From: Hellea sp.
Lineage (GTDB): Bacteria > Pseudomonadota > Alphaproteobacteria > Caulobacterales > Maricaulaceae
NCBI GenBank assembly: GCA_018645985.1
Contig: JABGVR010000180.1
Span: 1 to 53,543 of the forward strand
Direction: 5' to 3'
DNA length: 53,543 nt
A program made the translations under genes and the position numbers. The notes beneath the pieces are model-generated. The model did no database searches. It was given only the letters and a program-made list of their open reading frames with translations, and was not told the origin of the DNA. Of the stretch, positions 51,469 through 53,543 are shown one piece after another. Numbering within the stretch: position 1 is the stretch's first letter; every line of letters starts with the position of its first letter.

Positions 51469-52470
51469 TTACCCGCCAGTGACTGACATATGACGTGCAA
51501 CAGTGGGTTTAGCGCCGCGCTCTGATATATCAAAAAAATGTTTTTCAGGCTTCTCACGCATTGCAACACCCAAAAGTCGTTCTAACTCAGCATCAGAGTT
51601 CTCACCTCTAATTGCAGCTCTCAAATCAAGTTTGTGACCATGGCCAAGACATGTATAAATTTGCCCTGTGCAAGTAACCCTTACGCGATTGCAACTCGCA
51701 CAAAAATTATTTGTTAAAGGCGTTATCATACCCAAAATACCACCTGTTTCTTTAATTTTTGCGTAACGCGCAGGACCACCGGTTCTCAGTGGTACATTAT
51801 TAAGGGTAAAGCGTTGCTCTAGATTATCTCTAATGGCATTAAGAGGGATATATTGATCTACGCGATCTTCATCGATATCTCCTAGAGGCATCACCTCTAT
51901 TAACGTGATATCCATACTCTTATTATGCGCCCATTCTATTAAGCTGGGTATCTCTGTATCGTTGACACCCTTTAAAGCAACTGTGTTTATTTTAACTTTG
52001 ATCCCCGCCTCTAGTGCTGTGTCAATACCTTTCAAAACAGCTTCCAGAGCATTACGGCGAGTTAATTTAGTGAAAACTATTGGGTCAAGCGTGTCCAAGG
52101 AAATATTAATGCGCTCAACTCCATTTAGTTTAAGCTCTTTAGCATAACGCGACAGAAGAGTTCCATTTGTCGTTAAAGTAATCTCGTCGAGTTTTCCACT
52201 AATACGGTGTTTGGATAATTTATGTATAAAACTCATTAAATCTCGCCTAACAAGCGGCTCACCGCCAGTTATTCGAATTTTTTTAATGCCGCGCTTGATG
52301 AAAGATTCACATAGAGTGGCAAGCTCCTCAAGCGAAAGTAGATCTTTACGTGGCAAAAATGTCATATTTTCAGCCATGCAGTATGTACACCTTAAATCAC
52401 ATCTATCCGTTACGGATAAACGCAAATAAGTGATTTCTCGGCCAAAGCTATCTATAAGTTGTTGAGTCAT
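51469..52470 (-). CDS. moaA: GTP 3',8-cyclase MoaA
   Basis: LSVTDRCDLRCTYC, TGGEP, FCASCNR, C-terminal MSVTGG. Confidence 0.97.
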   Translation of the reverse strand: MTQQLIDSFGREITYLRLSVTDRCDLRCTYCMAENMTFLPRKDLLSLEELATLCESFIKRGIKKIRITGGEPLVRRDLMSFIHKLSKHRISGKLDEITLTTNGTLLSRYAKELKLNGVERINISLDTLDPIVFTKLTRRNALEAVLKGIDTALEAGIKVKINTVALKGVNDTEIPSLIEWAHNKSMDITLIEVMPLGDIDEDRVDQYIPLNAIRDNLEQRFTLNNVPLRTGGPARYAKIKETGGILGMITPLTNNFCASCNRVRVTCTGQIYTCLGHGHKLDLRAAIRGENSDAELERLLGVAMREKPEKHFFDISERGAKPTVARHMSVTGG

Positions 52471-52602
52471 CAGGTTACCTTATGGAAGGCGATTGCAACA
52501 CTGACAAGTTATAATGGCCATCACAAAAATAAATTAATATAAATTATTAATTTTCTTTACTTACCGCTTGATATCTTCGGTCTATCCACATATATCCCCT
52601 GA

Positions 52603-52679
<77 letters not shown>

Positions 52680-52708
52680 AACATTTTTGATTTGTTTTTT
52701 TAGAATTA

Positions 52709-52927
52709 TTATGGTGCGTTTAGGTAGCCTATTAATAATGATAAAAAAGCCCCAACATGTACAACCATTATAGCCTTGTCTTTCCACATAACTCCTACAG
52801 AGAACCATAAAAAAATCCCGACTAAGAAAAAATAAACATTCAGGGGAGTATAATTAAGGCCAGTAAGAGCATAACCTATTAACTGTATAACAGTCGCTAC
52901 CCACTTAACAATATCAACTTTTTGCAT
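52709..52927 (-). CDS. Small 3-TM membrane protein (DUF6552-like)
   Basis: VKW.A...Q..GY..T.....P.N, W..VG..W.D.A...H; family recalled, not searched. Confidence 0.7.
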   Translation of the reverse strand: MQKVDIVKWVATVIQLIGYALTGLNYTPLNVYFFLVGIFLWFSVGVMWKDKAIMVVHVGAFLSLLIGYLNAP

Positions 52928-52948
52928 AAAATTTTCCTAAATTTACCC

Positions 52949-52976
52949 AAAAAAAAACCGCTTTAAGTAAAGCGGT
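52949..52976 (-). terminator. rRNA operon terminator
   Basis: Minus strand ACCGCTTT-actt-AAAGCGGT followed by a long T run, downstream of 5S. Confidence 0.85.
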
Positions 52977-53015
52977 GAATATTTTTGCTATATGGAGGAA
53001 ACATGAGTTGTATAA

Positions 53016-53131
53016 ACCGGGCAGCGACCTACTCTCCCGTGCCTTAAGACAAAGTACCATCGGCGCTGAGAGGCTTAACGACCGAGTTCGGAATGGGATC
53101 GGGTGGGGACCTCTCGCAATAACCACCCAGT
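53016..53131 (-). rRNA. rrf: 5S ribosomal RNA
   Basis: CCCGATCCCATTCCGAACTCGGTCGTTAAG, GATGGTACT, GGGAGAGTAGGTCGCTGCC. Confidence 0.97.
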
Positions 53132-53242
53132 TAATGCAAGTCATGTGTAATAGTAAAGATATCGTCTGATTGTTTATTTTTTGTTATGCGAGCTAATCGC
53201 TACGCACGAACACCGTATTATGAAAATCTTCAAGACCTGAAA

Positions 53243-53543
53243 AATCAAGCCAATCGAGTTATTAGTACTGGTAAGCTCCATATGTTGCCATACTTCCACA
53301 CCCAGCCTATCAACGTTGTGGTCTACAACGACTCTCAAGGGAGTTCTAGTATTGAGGGGGGTTTCCCGCTTAGATGCTTTCAGCGGTTATCCTGTCCATT
53401 CATAGCTACGCTGCAATGCCACTGGCGTGACAACAGCTCCACCAGAGGAATGTCCACCCCGGTCCTCTCGTACTAAGGGCAGATCCTCTCAAAACTCCTA
53501 CTCCCACGGTAGATAGGGACCGAACTGTCTCACAACGTTCTAA
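53243..53543 (-). rRNA. rrl: 23S ribosomal RNA, 3' end (partial)
   Basis: Sarcin-ricin loop AGTACGAGAGGACC, GCATCTAAGCGGGAA, conserved 3' terminus. Confidence 0.97.

Noticed and set aside
52914-53476. ORFs 52914-53144, 52975-53169 and 53186-53476
   Set aside because: They overlap 5S and 23S rRNA and are spurious.

Overview
AT-rich chromosomal segment of an alphaproteobacterium. The ctrA, hemC-hemD-hemY/tsaD-gpsA and rnpA-yidC-engB-argB arrangements support this; a marine Caulobacterales/Maricaulales-like lineage is my inference only. Most of the window is housekeeping genes. It also contains SRP RNA, two CAT-anticodon tRNAs, 5S rRNA and the 3' end of 23S rRNA, a 41-aa ribosomal protein L36 gene missed by the ORF track, a cobalamin riboswitch before btuB, btuFCD-like genes and a valine-catabolism cluster. 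An accessory-looking block (about 33.4-41.1 kb) holds the most striking feature. There, a small exported leader protein with H-x2-CxxC-H and a C-terminal RGPPPRAPP ribosome-arrest-type motif has a 3' end that pairs perfectly (10 bp) with the ribosome-binding region of a downstream His/Asp-repeat ZnuD-like TonB-dependent receptor, followed by a MerC-domain gene. This looks like a metal-sensing, nascent-peptide-controlled uptake switch related to CruR/CutF. No CRISPR array, transposase or integrase was seen. All family calls are from motif recognition, not database searches.
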